Origin: Macrostomum lignano
Taxonomy: Eukaryota
Reading direction: 5' to 3'
Length of the DNA stretch: 64,000 bases
NCBI GenBank assembly: GCA_002269645.1
Contig: NIVC01001021.1
Span: 310,001 to 374,000, forward strand
Of this stretch, positions 26,597-39,773 are shown piece after piece. Position numbers and translations under genes: made by a program. Under the pieces are notes generated by a model. That model saw nothing but the letters and a program-made list of their open reading frames with translations, was not told the origin of the DNA and did not search any database. Position 1 is the stretch's first letter. Each line of letters starts with the position of its first letter.

Positions 26597-26857
26597 AATA
26601 GTCTATGCATTCTTTTATATTCTTGACGTTACGTTTGGATACGTATGCTTGAACTGAAGCGACCAACCTTATCTAAAAATTTTGTGTTACAGTTACCATA
26701 TAGCATGTTAGGTGAGGATTTCCCATAGACAGTCTCCACCATAGACATTCCACAGAGTAGACTGACCGCACGCAACAAGCAGACATGTTGACTTGTTAAA
26801 TCTACATCAAAACAGAGCCCTTGAAAGCATGGATGAAGAAATGAAGAAGGATATATA

Positions 26858-26941
26858 GAGCCCGTTCTATAAAGCCATCGTAAGATAAAAGTTCCGACGG
26901 ACGATCCAATCTACGCTACGACAGCTTTATAGAACGACCCC
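26858..26941. mobile_element. Very short MITE-like foldback (84 bp)
   Basis: CGTTCTATAAAGCCATCGTA versus TACGACAGCTTTATAGAACG inverted (18/20); ATA on both flanks as a possible 3-bp TSD. Confidence 0.55.
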
Positions 26942-27299
26942 ATAGTCCTTAAACGTAGAGTACAATGCTTTTAAAAATATTAAAAACTTTCCCTGCGTAA
27001 ATCGTATTCAGCCTCCAGAGTCCAGGTCGATACAGAAGTCCCTGAATAAGGACTGCCCCACCCCAGGCGGGAAGTGCGCCCGCACTCGCCCTACATTGTA
27101 CATGTACCTTACTAATAATAAATCGCATTTTTATCCAACCCTATCCTCATTGGCGCTTCCGAAGCTCAGATTCTGCTGCTAATAATTACTGCTGGAATTC
27201 AGTTATATGGCCTTTTTAACATATTCATAGCTGTGCAATATGTATCTCTTGAGTATTGCCTATCCAAGCAAGATTCTAAATTCCAACGCAATCTGCTCC

Positions 27300-27660
27300 A
27301 CCCACCCAATTTACCCGATCCCTACACGATCTATCCGAGCCCTACCCAATCTACCTGAACCCTACCCAATCTACCCGATACCTACCCAATCTACCTGAAC
27401 CCTACTCGATCTATCCGATCCCTACCCAATCTACCTGAACCCTACCCAATCTACCTGAACCCTACCCAATATACCCGATACCTACCTATTTACCTGAACC
27501 CTACCCAATCTACCCGATACCTACCCAATTTACCTGAACCCTACCCAATCTACCCGATACCTACCCAATCTACCCGATACCTACCCAATCTACCCGAACC
27601 CTACCCAGTCTACCCGATACCTACCCAATCTACCCGAACCCTACCCAATCTACCCGATAC
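27300..27660. repeat. 20-bp minisatellite CCTACCCAATCTACCCGA(A/T)(C/A)
   Basis: Directly visible. Confidence 0.9.
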
Positions 27661-27860
27661 CCGGTTTCTGAGTAGCTCAGTCGGTTTCTGAGTAGCTCAG
27701 GCAGTTTCTGAGTAGCTCAGCCGGTGTCTGAGTAGCTCAGCCGGTGTCTGAGTAGCTCAGCCGGTGTCTGAGTAGCTCAGCCAGTTTCTGAGTAGCTCAG
27801 CCGGTGTCTGAGTAGCTTAGCCGGTGTCTGAGTAGCTCAACCGGTTTCTGAGTAGCTTAG
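27661..27860. repeat. 20-bp minisatellite CCGGT(T/G)TCTGAGTAGCTCAG abutting the previous array
   Basis: About 10 copies, starting with no spacer. Confidence 0.9.
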
Positions 27861-28461
27861 GTAGTCATGCTTAACCAAGTCCGTATTTTCGTCTCAAAGG
27901 CTTATTATCGACCTTGCGCGGACTACGACTAGTGCTCTATTTTCTGATCCGCTTGACTGAGTACCTTTTAATTGCTCTACGGGCAAAAATAGACGGATCC
28001 CAATTTTCAATCAAATAAAAAGTATTTTGTGAAAGACAATGTGGAAACTATTAATAGAAAATAACTTTTTTACATCAGTCGTCTAATTTGATGTACTCAG
28101 TTCGTGGCGGTGTAAACTAGCCTCCAAAATGTTTGAAAATATTGGCGTTTATAAGAATATCAGTATGTCACTTTAAAGCTTGTTATCAGGTGTAAAGTAG
28201 CAATTTTTTAGTGTCCCCTTCGGGTTGCCAATATGCAAGGAGCAAAAATAATTCATGCAAATCCATTAAAAAAGCACCTTTTCTTAACAACCAATTAATT
28301 CCTTCTTTAGTTTTATGAATCATCTTATTCGAGTAAAATTGTTATCGTCAAAGATGCTTGCTATGAATCTCTTGCTTCTAAAAGTAACAAACGAACACAA
28401 GAAAATAAAGCCCTCACAAAGATAACAGGCATTCCCCCTAAATCGAAAGCCTCCCTAGACC

Positions 28462-29110
28462 GGAAGCATCCCCCCAGATAGCAAGCATCCCCCAGATAGC
28501 AAGCATCCCCCAGATAGCAAGCATCCCCCAGATAGCAAGCATCCCCCAGATAGCAAGCATCCCCCAGATAGCAAGCATCCCCCAGATAGCAAGCATCCCC
28601 CAGATAGGAAGCATCCCCCAGATAGCAAGCATCCCTCAGATAGGAAGCATCCCCCAGATAGCAAGCATCCCCCAGATAGCAAGCATCCCCCAGATAGCAA
28701 GCATCCCCAGATAGCAAGCATCCCCCAGATAGCAAGCATCCCCAGATAGCAAGCATCCCCCAGATAGCAAGCATCCCCCAGATAGCAAGCATCCCCCAGA
28801 TAGGAAGCATCCCCCAGATAGCAAGCATCCCTCAGATAGGAAGCATCCCCCAGATAGCAAGCATCCCCCAGATAGCAAGCATCCCCCAGATAGCAAGCAT
28901 CCCCCAGATAGCAAGCATCCCCCAGATAGCAAGCATCCCCCAGATAGCAAGCATCCCCAGATAGCAAGCATCCCCCAGATAGCAAGCATCCCCCAGATAG
29001 CAAGCAACCCCCAGATAGCAAGCAACCCCCCCCCCCCAGATAGCAAGCATCCCCCAGATAGCAAGCAACCACCCCCCCCCAGATAGCAAGCATCCCCTAG
29101 ATAGCAAGCA
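28462..29110. repeat. 19-bp minisatellite CAGATAGCAAGCATCCCCC
   Basis: More than 30 copies; flanked by a ~50-bp diverged direct repeat (~28408-28456 and ~29113-29168). Confidence 0.95.
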
Positions 29111-30049
29111 ATAAAACCCTCACAAACATAACAAGCATTCCCCCCCCCCTATATCGAAAGCATCTCCCCAAATAGCAAGCACGATATCAGGTGTTATATT
29201 TAATCATAATAACTAAGAATCTAACAGTAGTGACTGTACGAGCGTGAAGGGCTTTTTACTTGTGAATTTTTTAGAGAATTTTTATTCCTTTACTTCATCT
29301 GCTGCCTATTCCAATGGAGGGCTAACAGTAAGTTCTGGTTAATCATGTTCTCTGAGAGAGAGCCATGGCTCGCCTCATTAGAGATAAGTAAAGTCGCTAT
29401 AGAAATGTCCAAGCATTTCTTGGTTCGGTGTATTCGCACTGGCAAACCGCTCTCCGGCAGCTCAAGATATTCCTTAATCCCGTGTCTTCAGTCTCCGTCC
29501 ATCATCTCATTTTAGTTTACCTTGCTTTTAAATTATCGGACTAGCGGAATGGAATATATCTTCCTTTTGACGTTGAACTCCTTAATAATTCACGGAAGAA
29601 ATCCCTTTAAAGATCTCTTGAAGAAAACATTCTAAACACCATGGCTGAAGCAGCTGTCAAATTCAAATTACATAAATTAGCCACCTAAATAAGCAAAGCT
29701 AGGGCTAGTCAGCGTTAATTAAACGTGATTCGATCTCCCTTGGGAAATTAATTATACCTATACATCTCTGGCGTAGGTACTGGCACAGGTGCACTTTAAC
29801 TAGTAACCCGCTTGAGTTAGATATGCCTCGTACTTTAAGATTCCTAGAAAAAAACCAGGATCATATTCGCTTTATCTGCGCGACTCAGCCGGCTTGGGAA
29901 AAACCCCACTGAATTTTACAGGCCCAGGGTCCCAGACAGACTTGCGGAAATTTTTCTAACCTTCTTTCTCATTCTAGTTAAGATAACGCGCGTCTGGCGA
30001 TTGTTCTCTAACAGGAGACGCGACAATTTCCTACCGCCTTAAGATTTAC

Positions 30050-30430
30050 GTTAGCGTTGGGCTTTAGGTTAGGGTTTAGACTAGGGTCTGCTATCGTTTA
30101 GGGTTAAATTTAGGTTAGGGTTTTTGGATTACGGTTCAGGATTTAGAGTTGGGTTTGCCGTTGAGGGTTATGGTTTAGGTTTTAGATTTAAGATTTATGT
30201 TAAAGGTTTAAGTTTAAGGTTTAGGTTAGGATTTAGGCTAGGGTCTGCCATCATTTAGGGCTAAATTTAGGTTAGGGTTTTTGGATTACGGTTCAGGATT
30301 TAGGGTTTGGGGTTGCCGTTTAAGGTTAGGGTTTATGTTAAGATTTACGTATAAGGTTTAAAGTTTTGGTTTAGGTTTGGGGTTTAGGTTTATGATTTAG
30401 TGTGTTAGAGTTTAAGTTTAAGGTTTGGGT
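30050..30430 (+). repeat. Degenerate telomere-like (TTAGGG/TTTAGG variant) tract with an internal ~170-bp duplication
   Basis: Runs of ttaggg/tttagg; the block ctagggtctg..ggattacggttcaggatttag occurs twice (~30080 and ~30238). Confidence 0.75.
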
Positions 30431-30561
30431 TCGGTAGTTGAATTGTGACAGTCAATTGTCGTGAAAAAAATTATATAACAATCGTCTGCTGTGCTTATCT
30501 TTAAATATCAGTCTCAACTATATCTAAGATTCTAACTTTAATCGCACTTTAATGAATGTCT

Positions 30562-31125
30562 CCTTTCACTCAGCGAATCGCCTTTCACTCAGCGAATCGC
30601 CTTTCACTCAGCGAATCGCCTTTCACTTAGAGAATCGCCTTTCACTCAGCGAATCGCCTTTCACTCAGAGAATCGCCTTTCACTCAGAGAATCGCCTTTC
30701 ACTCAGAGAATCTCCTTTCACTTAGAGAATCGCCTTTCACTCAGAGAATCGCCTTTCACTCAGAGAATCGCTTTTCACTCAGAGAATCGCCTTTCACTCA
30801 GAGAATCGCCTTTCACTCAGAGAATCGCCTTTCACTCAGAGAATCGCCTTTCACTCAGAGAATCGCTTTTCACTCAGAGAATCGCCATTCACTCAGAGAA
30901 TCGCCTTTCACTCAGAGAATCGCCTTTAACTCAGAGAATCGCCTTTCACTCAGAGAATCGCCTTTCACTCAGAGAATCTCCTTTCACTTAGAGAATCGCC
31001 TTTAACTCAGAGAATCGCCTTTCACTCAGAGAATCGCCATTCACTCAGAGAATCGCCATTCACTCAGAGAATCTCCTTTCACTCAGAGAATCGCCTTTAA
31101 CTCAGAGAATCGCCTCACTCATTCA
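30562..31125. repeat. 19-bp minisatellite CCTTTCACTCAGAGAATCG upstream of the adenylate kinase gene
   Basis: About 29 copies. Confidence 0.95.
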
Positions 31126-31218
31126 TCCTTATGAATCGCTACTTGTGCAGACGCAAATGAATCATTAATGAGTTGACAGACCTTCAACGGTCTTATATGC
31201 AATAAATTTCAGCCAGAC

Positions 31219-31932
31219 ATGACAGTTGAAGGCGCCGATGTTAACCAGCCGCCGCAGCCTCAGGCTGAACAGTCGACACCTTCAAAGCCGCGGCAGCACA
31301 TCGGCGTAGCCCTGATCGGGCCGCCCGGCTCCGGGAAAGGAGCTCAATCCCGCCGGCTAGCGGAACGATTCGGCCTCTGCCACGTGGACATTGGAGCCGT
31401 TTTGCGCGGTATGTCCAACAATGGCAGCGTGAAACTGCAGACTGAACAGGGTCGCCTAGTTGACGACAAACTCGTGTCCGATCTGGTCAGCAGAGACCTG
31501 GACCGGCCTCAGTGCTCGGCCGGTTTCGTACTGGACGGATTTCCTCGGACAATTGGCCAAGCCGAACGACTGGACTCGATGCTGGCCGAGCGGAGTCGCC
31601 AGTTGGACGCTGTGGTGCAGCTGGACCTGAGCCCCGAGCTGGCGGCCGAGCGAGTGACCGGCCGGCTGTACCACCTGCCCAGCGGCCGGGTCTATCATCA
31701 CCGGTTCAGTCCGCCCAAGCGTCCCGGACACGACAACGAGACTGGCGAACCGCTGGCTATGCGGCCGGACGACTTTCCGGACGTGATGCAGCGGAGGCTG
31801 GCCAGTCACTTCGAGTCCAGCGCGCCTGTGCTGCAGCGCTACGAGCGGCTGGGCTTGTTGAAGCGAATCGATGCCAGCAGGCCGGCTAATTCTGTGTGGC
31901 AGACTCTGCTGAGGCTGTTTCCCGGAGATTAA
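31219..31932 (+). CDS. AK2: Adenylate kinase, AK2-like long (LID) form, intronless and divergent, 237 aa
   Basis: P-loop GPPGSGKG, GRLV, GFVLDGFPRT, LID GRLYHLPSGRVYH..PPK..D.ETGEPL..RPDD; acceptor-like tttcag ending 7 nt before the ATG. Confidence 0.88.
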   Translation: MTVEGADVNQPPQPQAEQSTPSKPRQHIGVALIGPPGSGKGAQSRRLAERFGLCHVDIGAVLRGMSNNGSVKLQTEQGRLVDDKLVSDLVSRDLDRPQCSAGFVLDGFPRTIGQAERLDSMLAERSRQLDAVVQLDLSPELAAERVTGRLYHLPSGRVYHHRFSPPKRPGHDNETGEPLAMRPDDFPDVMQRRLASHFESSAPVLQRYERLGLLKRIDASRPANSVWQTLLRLFPGD

Positions 31933-32065
31933 TGATTTATTAGTATGATTGAAACTGACTCATAGGTTTGATAATCCAACAGATATTTGAACATCTTCTC
32001 AATATAGCCGAGGTGCCCAGTGCCAGTCTACCAATGACATACTGTTTTTTTTAACAACTAAAGAT

Positions 32066-33282
32066 AATTTAGAGAATCGCCCTTCCGCCCCCCCCCCCTA
32101 ATTTAGAGAATTGCCCCTCCGCCCTCCCCCCCCCCTAATTTAGAGAATCGCCCTTCCGCCCGCCCCCCCCCCTAATTTAGAGAATCGCCCTTCCGCCCGC
32201 CCCCCCCTAATTTAGAGAATCGCCCTTCCGCCCGCCCCCCCCCCTAATTTAGAGAATCGCCCTTCCGCCCCCCCCCCTAATTTAGAGAATCGCCCTTCCG
32301 CCCCCCCCCTAATTTAGAGAATTGCCCTTCCGCCCTCCCCCCCCTAATTTAGAGAATCGCCCTTCCGCCCCCCCCCTAATTTAGAGAATCGCCCTTCCGC
32401 CCCCCCCTAATTTAGAGAATCGCCCTTCCGCCCCCCCCCCCTAATTTAGAGAATCGCCCTTCCGCCCTCCCCCCCCTAATTTAGAGAATCGCCCTTCCGC
32501 CCGCCCCCCTAATTCCTAATTTAGAGAATCGCCCTTCCGCCCCCCCCCTAATTTAGAGAATCGCCCTTCCGCCCCCCCCTAATTTAGAGAATCGCCCTTC
32601 CGCCCGCCCCCCCCCCTAATTTAGAGAATCGCCCTTCCGCCCTCCCCCCCCTAATTTAGAGAATCGCCCTTCCGCCCCCCCCTAATTTAGAGAATCGCCC
32701 TTCCGCCCTCCCCCCCCCTAATTTAGAGAATCGCCCTTCCGCCCTCCCCCCCCTAATTTAGAGAATCGCCCTTCCGCCCCCCCCCCTAATTTAGAGAATC
32801 GCCCTTCCGCCCCCCCCCCTAATTTAGAGAATCGCCCTTCCGCCCTCCCCCCCCTAATTTAGAGAATCGCCCTTCCGCCCCCCCCCTAATTTAGAGAATC
32901 GCCCTTCCGCCCCCCCCCCCCTAATTTAGAGAATCGCCCTTCCGCCCCCCCCCTAATTTAGAGAATCGCCCTTCCGCCCTCCCCCCCCCCTAATTTAGAG
33001 AATCGCCCTTCCGCCCGCCCCCCCCCTAATTTAGAAAATCGCCCTTCCGCCCCCCCCCCTAATTTAGAGAATTGCCCTTCCGCCCTCCCCCCCCCCTAAT
33101 TTAGAGAATCGCCCTTCCGCCCCCCCCTAATTTAGAGAATTGCCCTTCCGCCCTCCCCCCCCCCTAATTTAGAGAATCGCCCTTCCGCCCCCTCCCTAAT
33201 TTAGAGAATTGCCCTTCCGCCCTCCCCCCCCCTAATTTAGAGAATCGCCCTTCCGCCCCCTCCCTAATTTAGAGAATCGCCC
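32066..33282. repeat. ~30-36-bp minisatellite TAATTTAGAGAATCGCCCTTCCGC(C)n downstream of the adenylate kinase gene
   Basis: Directly visible; long C tracts (G-rich on the minus strand). Confidence 0.95.
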
Positions 33283-33712
33283 ACTTGCTCTCAACTAGAC
33301 AATCGCCTCTTTCATACTTATTCCAGCAATTATTTATGAAATATTCCATATAGATGTACTATTAAATGATAATTGCTGAATCAGTCGCTTTTTGCCGTCA
33401 ACAACAGCTGTTTCTGTGTTATTTTGAGTTACTAAACACTTCACTGTCTGCTTCTTACCTATTTTCCTTTTTACCTTTGTTTTTCTCTTTCTTTGCTGTG
33501 TGTTAATAGCTTTTTTAAGCGCGTGAATAGTATTTTTATAATTGTTTTTTTCCGCTAACTTTAGAGATATTTTCTAACTCTAGAGACTGGCTAAACACGA
33601 TATTTTTGATGCTATATGTGCTCGGCTTTTAGGCATTCAGTCTATTGAAAGTAACCTTCATTTTTTAATCTTTTGTTTAATTTTTAAGGAGGCTCTATTA
33701 CATGAGCTATAA

Positions 33713-35685
33713 GATTGAGATGTGTGACTGATTGAGATGTGTGACTGATTGAGATGTGTGACTGATTGAGATGTGTGACTGATTGAGATGTGTGACTGAT
33801 TGAGATGTATGACTGCTCAGATTTGGATGTGTGACTGATCAGGTTGAGATGTGTGACTGCTCAGATTTGGATGTGTGACTGATCAGATTGAGATGTGTGA
33901 CTGCTCAGGTTGAGATGTGTGACTGCTCAGGTTGAAATGGGTGACTGCTCAGGTTGAAATGGGTGACTGCTCAGGTTGAAATGTGTGACTGCTCAGGCTG
34001 AGATGTGTGACTGCTCAGGTTGAGATGTGTGACTGCTCAGATTGAGATGTGTGACTGCTCAGATTGAGATGCGTGATCGATCAGGTTGAAATGTGTGACT
34101 GCTCAGATTGAGATGTGTGACTGCTCAGATTGAGATGTGTGACTGCTCAGATTGAGATGTGTGAATGCCCAGGTTAAGATGTGTAACTGATTGAGATGTG
34201 TGACTTATCAGATTGAGATGTGTGACTGCTCAGGTTGAGATGCGTGATTGATCAGGTTGAGATGTGTGACTGCTCAGGTTGAGATGTGTGACTGCTCAGG
34301 TTGAGATGCGTGATTGATCAGGTTGAGATGTGTGACTGCTCAGGTTGAGATGTGTGACTGCCCAGTTTGAGATGTGTGACTGCTCAGGTTGAGATGTGTG
34401 ACTGCTCAGGTTGAGATGTGTGACTGCTCAGGTTGAGATGTGTGACTGCTCAGGTTGAGATGTGTGACTGCTCAGATTGAGATGTGTGACTGCCCAGGTT
34501 GAAATGTGTGTCTGCTCTGTGTCTGTGTGTCTGAAATGTGTTGAAATAGGTTGAGATGTGTGAATGCTCAGATTGAAATGGGTGACTGCTGAGGTTGAAA
34601 TGTGTGACTGCTCAGGTTGAGATGTGTGACTGCCCAGGTTAAGATGTGTAACTGATTGAGATGTGTGACTGATCAGATTGAGATGTGTGACTGCTCAGGT
34701 TGAGATGTGTGACTGCTCAGGTTGAGATGTGTGACTGCTCAGGTTGAAATGTGTGACTGCTCAGATTGAGATGTGTGACTGCTCAGGTTGAGATGTGTGA
34801 CTGCTCAGATTGAGATGTGTGACTGCTCAGGTTGAGATGCGTGACTGCTCAGATTGAGATGTGTGACTGCTCAGATTGAGATGCGTGACTGCTCAGATTG
34901 AGATGTGTGACTGCTCAGATTGAGATGTGTGACTGCTCAGATTGAGATGCGTGATCGATCAGGTTGAAATGTGTGACTGCTCAGATTGAGATGTGTGACT
35001 GCTCAGATTGAGATGCGTGATCGATCAGGTTGAAATGTGTGACTGCTCAGATTGAGATGTGTGACTGCTCAGATTGAGATGTGTGACTGCCCAGTTTAAG
35101 ATGTGTGACTGCTCAGGTTGAGATGTGTGACTGCTCAGGTTGAGATGTGTGACTGCTCAGATTGAGATGTGTGACTGCCCAGGTTGAAATGTGTGTCTGC
35201 TCTGTGTCTGTGTGTCTGAAATGTGTTGAAATAGGTTGAGATGTGTGAATGCTCAGATTGAAATGGGTGACTGCTGAGGTTGAAATGTGTGACTGCTCAG
35301 GCTGAGATGTGTGACTGCTCAGGTTGAGATGTGTGACTGCTCAGGTTGAGATGCGTGACTGCTCAGATTGAGATGTGTGACTGCTCAGATTGAGATGCGT
35401 GATCGATCAGGTTGAGATGTGTGACTGCTCAGGTTGAGATGTGTGACTGATCAGATTGAGATGTGTGACTGATCAGATTGAGATGTGTGACTGCTCAGAT
35501 TGAGATGTGTGACTGCTCAGATTGAGATGTGTGACTGCCCATGTTGAAATGTGTGTCTGCTCTGTGTCTGTGTGTCTGAAATGTGTTGAAATAGGTTGAG
35601 ATGTGTGAATGCTCAGATTGAAATGGGTGACTGCTGAGGTTGAAATATGTGACTGCTCAGGTTGAGATGTGTGACTGCTCATCTG
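33713..35685. repeat. 22-bp minisatellite G(A/G)TTGAGATGTGTGACTGCTCA with higher-order blocks
   Basis: Begins as a 17-bp unit; the marker tctgctctgtgtctgtgtgtctgaaatgtgttgaaatagg recurs at ~34511, 35196 and 35556. Confidence 0.95.
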
Positions 35686-36561
35686 AGCACAACACAAAAC
35701 TGCGCACTAGCTTAGCATCGGGCTTAGAACCCGCACAAGGCTCTGGCGTTGCTACCTGGCAATTTGTGTTGCAAAGGTGACAAAAAACGTGAGTCGGAAA
35801 CGCTCCTCTAGGATTGTTGATTTCCCCTAGGATTTCGCATTGATGAAGACGACATCCTTTAAGCGCCTCAGCCTCAGCTGGCCCAAAAAGGCAACCGCGA
35901 GCGTCTTTAATCCGCTTTCAAGCGGCTCTTGTGTGCTTTGCCCCCTGCAGAGCTGCTTGATTATTGGTCAAAGAGACACAATTTCCCTTATGTTAGGGGG
36001 TTTAGTCGTTGAAATTTCTATCTAAGAAGTGAGTCCTGTATTTATTCGGAAGTTTAAACCAAACTCAATCCCATCTTTGTCCTTCTGTGTCTTCATTCTC
36101 TGTCCTTCACACCTGCGATACGAAATTGGAATTATAGAGGACTATTATTATTAATATTCTTTTATTATCATTATTATTAATAATATTATTATTATAATTA
36201 TAGCCCTATTCATCGAATCTTAGTTCTAATCGCCTTTTTTGTCGAGTTCCTGGGCTTTATCTGTTGTTAATTTAAAAAGAAAACTTTAACAAAGCAGCTC
36301 ATGACTATATGGTATGTGAAGAACCCTAACCGCGCCTTATGCTGACAGCCTGACACTCACACGTTACATTGATAATCAGTTTCTTATTGTTTTAATTATA
36401 CTTGAGGCTATTAGAGTACAAAAAAGCTTTTTCATTTAGCAGATATTTATATTATTATATAGTGTTGAAAATCAAATCGAATTAAATCCTTTGTAAGGCC
36501 TTTACCGCTTAATAAGATTTACATTGAATTTTATGATTTTATTTTGTTGTTTGTCGCTCAA

Positions 36562-37718
36562 TATCGCCCCAGACTGCAGTAAGAATCGCCCCAGACTGCA
36601 GTAGAATCGCCTCAGACTATAGTAATAATCGCCCCAGACTGCAGTAAGAATCGCCCCAGACTGCAGTAAGAATCGCCCCAGACTGCAGTAAGAATTGCCT
36701 AAGACTGCAGTAAGAATTGCCTAAGACTGCAGTAAGAATCGCCCCAGACTGCAGTAAGAATCGCCCCAGACTGCAGCAAGAATCGCCACTGACTATAGTA
36801 AGAATCGCCACAGACTGCAGTAGAATCGCCTCAGACTATAGTAATAATCGCCTCAGACTGCAGTAAGAATCGCCCCAGACTGCAGTAAGAATCGCCCCAG
36901 ACTGCAGTAAGAATCGCCCCAGACTGCAGTAAGAATCACCCCAGACTGCAGTAAGAATCGCCCCAGATTGCAGTAATAATCGCCCCAGACTGCAGTAATA
37001 ATCGCCCCAGACTGCAGTAAGAATCGCCCCAGACTGCAGTAAGAATCGCCCCAGACTGCAGTAAGAATCGCCCCAGATTGCAGTAAGAATCCCCACTGAC
37101 TACAGTAATAATCGCCCCAGACTGCAGTAAGAATCGCCCCAGACTGCAGTAGAATCGCCTCAGACTATAGTAATAATCGCCTCAGACTGCAGTAAGAATC
37201 GCCCCAGACTGCAGTAAGAATCGCCTCAGACTATAGTAATAATCGCCTAAGACTGCAGTAAGAATCGCCCCAGACTGCAGTAGAATCGCCTCAGACTATA
37301 GTAATAATCGCCTCAGACTGCAGTAAGAATCGCCCCAGACTGCAGTAAGAATCGCCCCAGACTGCAGTAAGAATCGCCCCAGACTGCAGTAAGAATCGCC
37401 CCAGACTGCAGTAAGAATCACCCCAGACTGCAGTAAGAATCGCCCCAGACTGCAGTAAGAATCGCCCCAGACTGCAGTAAGAATCACCCCAGACTGCAGT
37501 AAGAATCGCCCCAGATTGCAGTAATAATCGCCCCAGACTGCAGTAATAATCGCCCCAGACTGCAGTAAGAATCGCCCCAGACTGCAGTAAGAATCGCCCC
37601 AGACTGCAGTAAGAATCGCCCCAGATTGCAGTAAGAATCCCCACTGACTACAGTAATAATCGCCCCAGACTGCAGTAAGAATCGCCCCAGACTGCAGTAA
37701 GCATCGCCCCAGACTGCA
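36562..37718. repeat. 22-bp minisatellite CCCCAGACTGCAGTAAGAATCG
   Basis: About 50 copies. Confidence 0.95.
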
Positions 37719-38604
37719 ACTGCGTAGGCTTGTTTAGCAGCTTATAGCACGCTTTCATGCGCTGGCGGAGCGAATACAGATGACGCGTTATAGTGCTGTG
37801 TCTCAGAAAAAGTGCATGAGAAATCAGGATATTTTGATTGCCGTTCTCTTTTTTGGCCGCAAAGAAGCGCACTTTCCCGCGCACTGAATCTGATAGCATT
37901 GTAGCTCTTTAGTTTGCCTGCAATGCTGGTCAGGATTTAGTTGGACAAAAAGTACAGCTAGGGTGCACAGAGTAAGTGCACTCGTTCAAGTACTTGTGCA
38001 CCAAGCACGCCTGGCCTTACTAATGCACAAGTCTGACAAATTTTCCTGCACACAATCTCTTATAGCACTCGTGCTGTCTCCCATTCCCTAAATGATTAAT
38101 AGATGCTATAGCCTTACATTGGCAGGGAGTGATAAATTATGAGTGTATATTGTATGAGACCATGGCTTTGGAGCATACTCGTATCTGTGTGCACCGCTGT
38201 AGAATGAATGGCCTTAGAAGCTTCTTGATCAAGTCTGGTGGCGCGGTACAATGCAATAAAGATATGAGCCAGCTTGCGTCTGGGTGGGGCTTGGCTGAGC
38301 AACTCAATGCTTTTTTTAGAAAATTACATTAACGAGACAGGTACTTAAAATTTTCCACATAAGATCAGGGACGGCTTTTGTACCAAATTAAATTCGTCCA
38401 TGCATGAAAATTGCGATACTGCGAGCGTTAAAAGCTATATTGTAAGATTTTTAAAGTGCATCAAGCAGTGACGTGATTCTCAGAGAACGATCACGAAAGT
38501 GAGATGTTTTCTTTTTATGCTACTTGCTGCCTAACTATCGAGTAGAGTATATAGGTTCTTTTTCAATCAGGATAGCATTTTTCGAAACTAAATTTTCTGC
38601 ACCG

Positions 38605-39480
38605 ATTGAGCACTCCATTACTCAATTGAGCACCCTATCATTCAATTGAGCACTCTATCATTCAATTGAGCACTCTATCATTCAATTGAGCACTCCATTA
38701 TGCAATTGAGCACTCTATCATTCAATTGAGCACTCCATTACTCAATTGAGCACCCTATCATTCAATTGAGCACTCTATCATTCAATTGAGCACTCTATCA
38801 TTCAATTGAGCACTCCATTATGCAATTGAGCACTCTATCATTCAATTGAGCACTCCATTACTCAATTGAGCACCCTATCATTCAATTGAGCACTCTATCA
38901 TTCAATTGAGCACTCTATCATTCAATTGAGCACTCCATTATGCAATTGAGCACTCTATCATTCAATTGAGCACTCCATTACTCAATTGAGCACCCTATCA
39001 TTCAATTGAGCACTCTATCATTCAATTGAGCACTCTATCATTCAATTGAGCACTCCATTATGCAATTGAGCACTCTATCATTCAATTGAGCACTCCATTA
39101 CTCAATTGAGCACCCTATCATTCAATTGAGCACTCTATCATTCAATTGAGCACTCTATCATTCAATTGAGCACTCCATTATGCAATTGAGCACTCTATCA
39201 TTCAATTGAGCACTCTATCATTCAATTGAGCACTCCATTATGCAATTGAGCACCCTATAATTCAATTGAGCACTCCATTACTCAATTAAGCACCCTATCA
39301 TTCAATTGAGCACTCTATCATTCAATTGAGCACTCCATTATGCAATTGAGCACTCCATTATGCAATTGAGCGCTCTATCATTCAATTGAGCACTCTATCA
39401 TTCAATTGAGCGCTCCATTATTCAATCGAGCACTCACCCTAGCATCCAATCAGACACTCCATCATTCAATTGAGCACTCA
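38605..39480. repeat. 20-bp minisatellite CAATTGAGCACTCTATCATT organised as an exact 120-bp (6-mer) higher-order repeat
   Basis: The printed lines at 38641, 38761, 38881, 39001 and 39121 are identical. Confidence 0.97.
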
Positions 39481-39773
39481 TCATTACTATCATTGCATGC
39501 ACTTGTAGCTACTCTTGAAGTGAGTTGAATTAACAAACTGTCAGGGTTGACAAAGGAGAAAACAAAGTTTTAATTCCAGCTACAGATTTTAAATCAGGTC
39601 AGTTAAAAAAGTCAAAATAATCGATTTTATTCATTTATTACATACTATATTTCCTATATTGTCGTTTGCTAAAAAATTAATGTTTTCAAAACAAGCTAAC
39701 AAATAAATAAATCAAAAATTCAGTTACTTGGTTCCTTTAGTAAAAGTTTCAAGCCGCTAGTTTTGTGTGCAGT

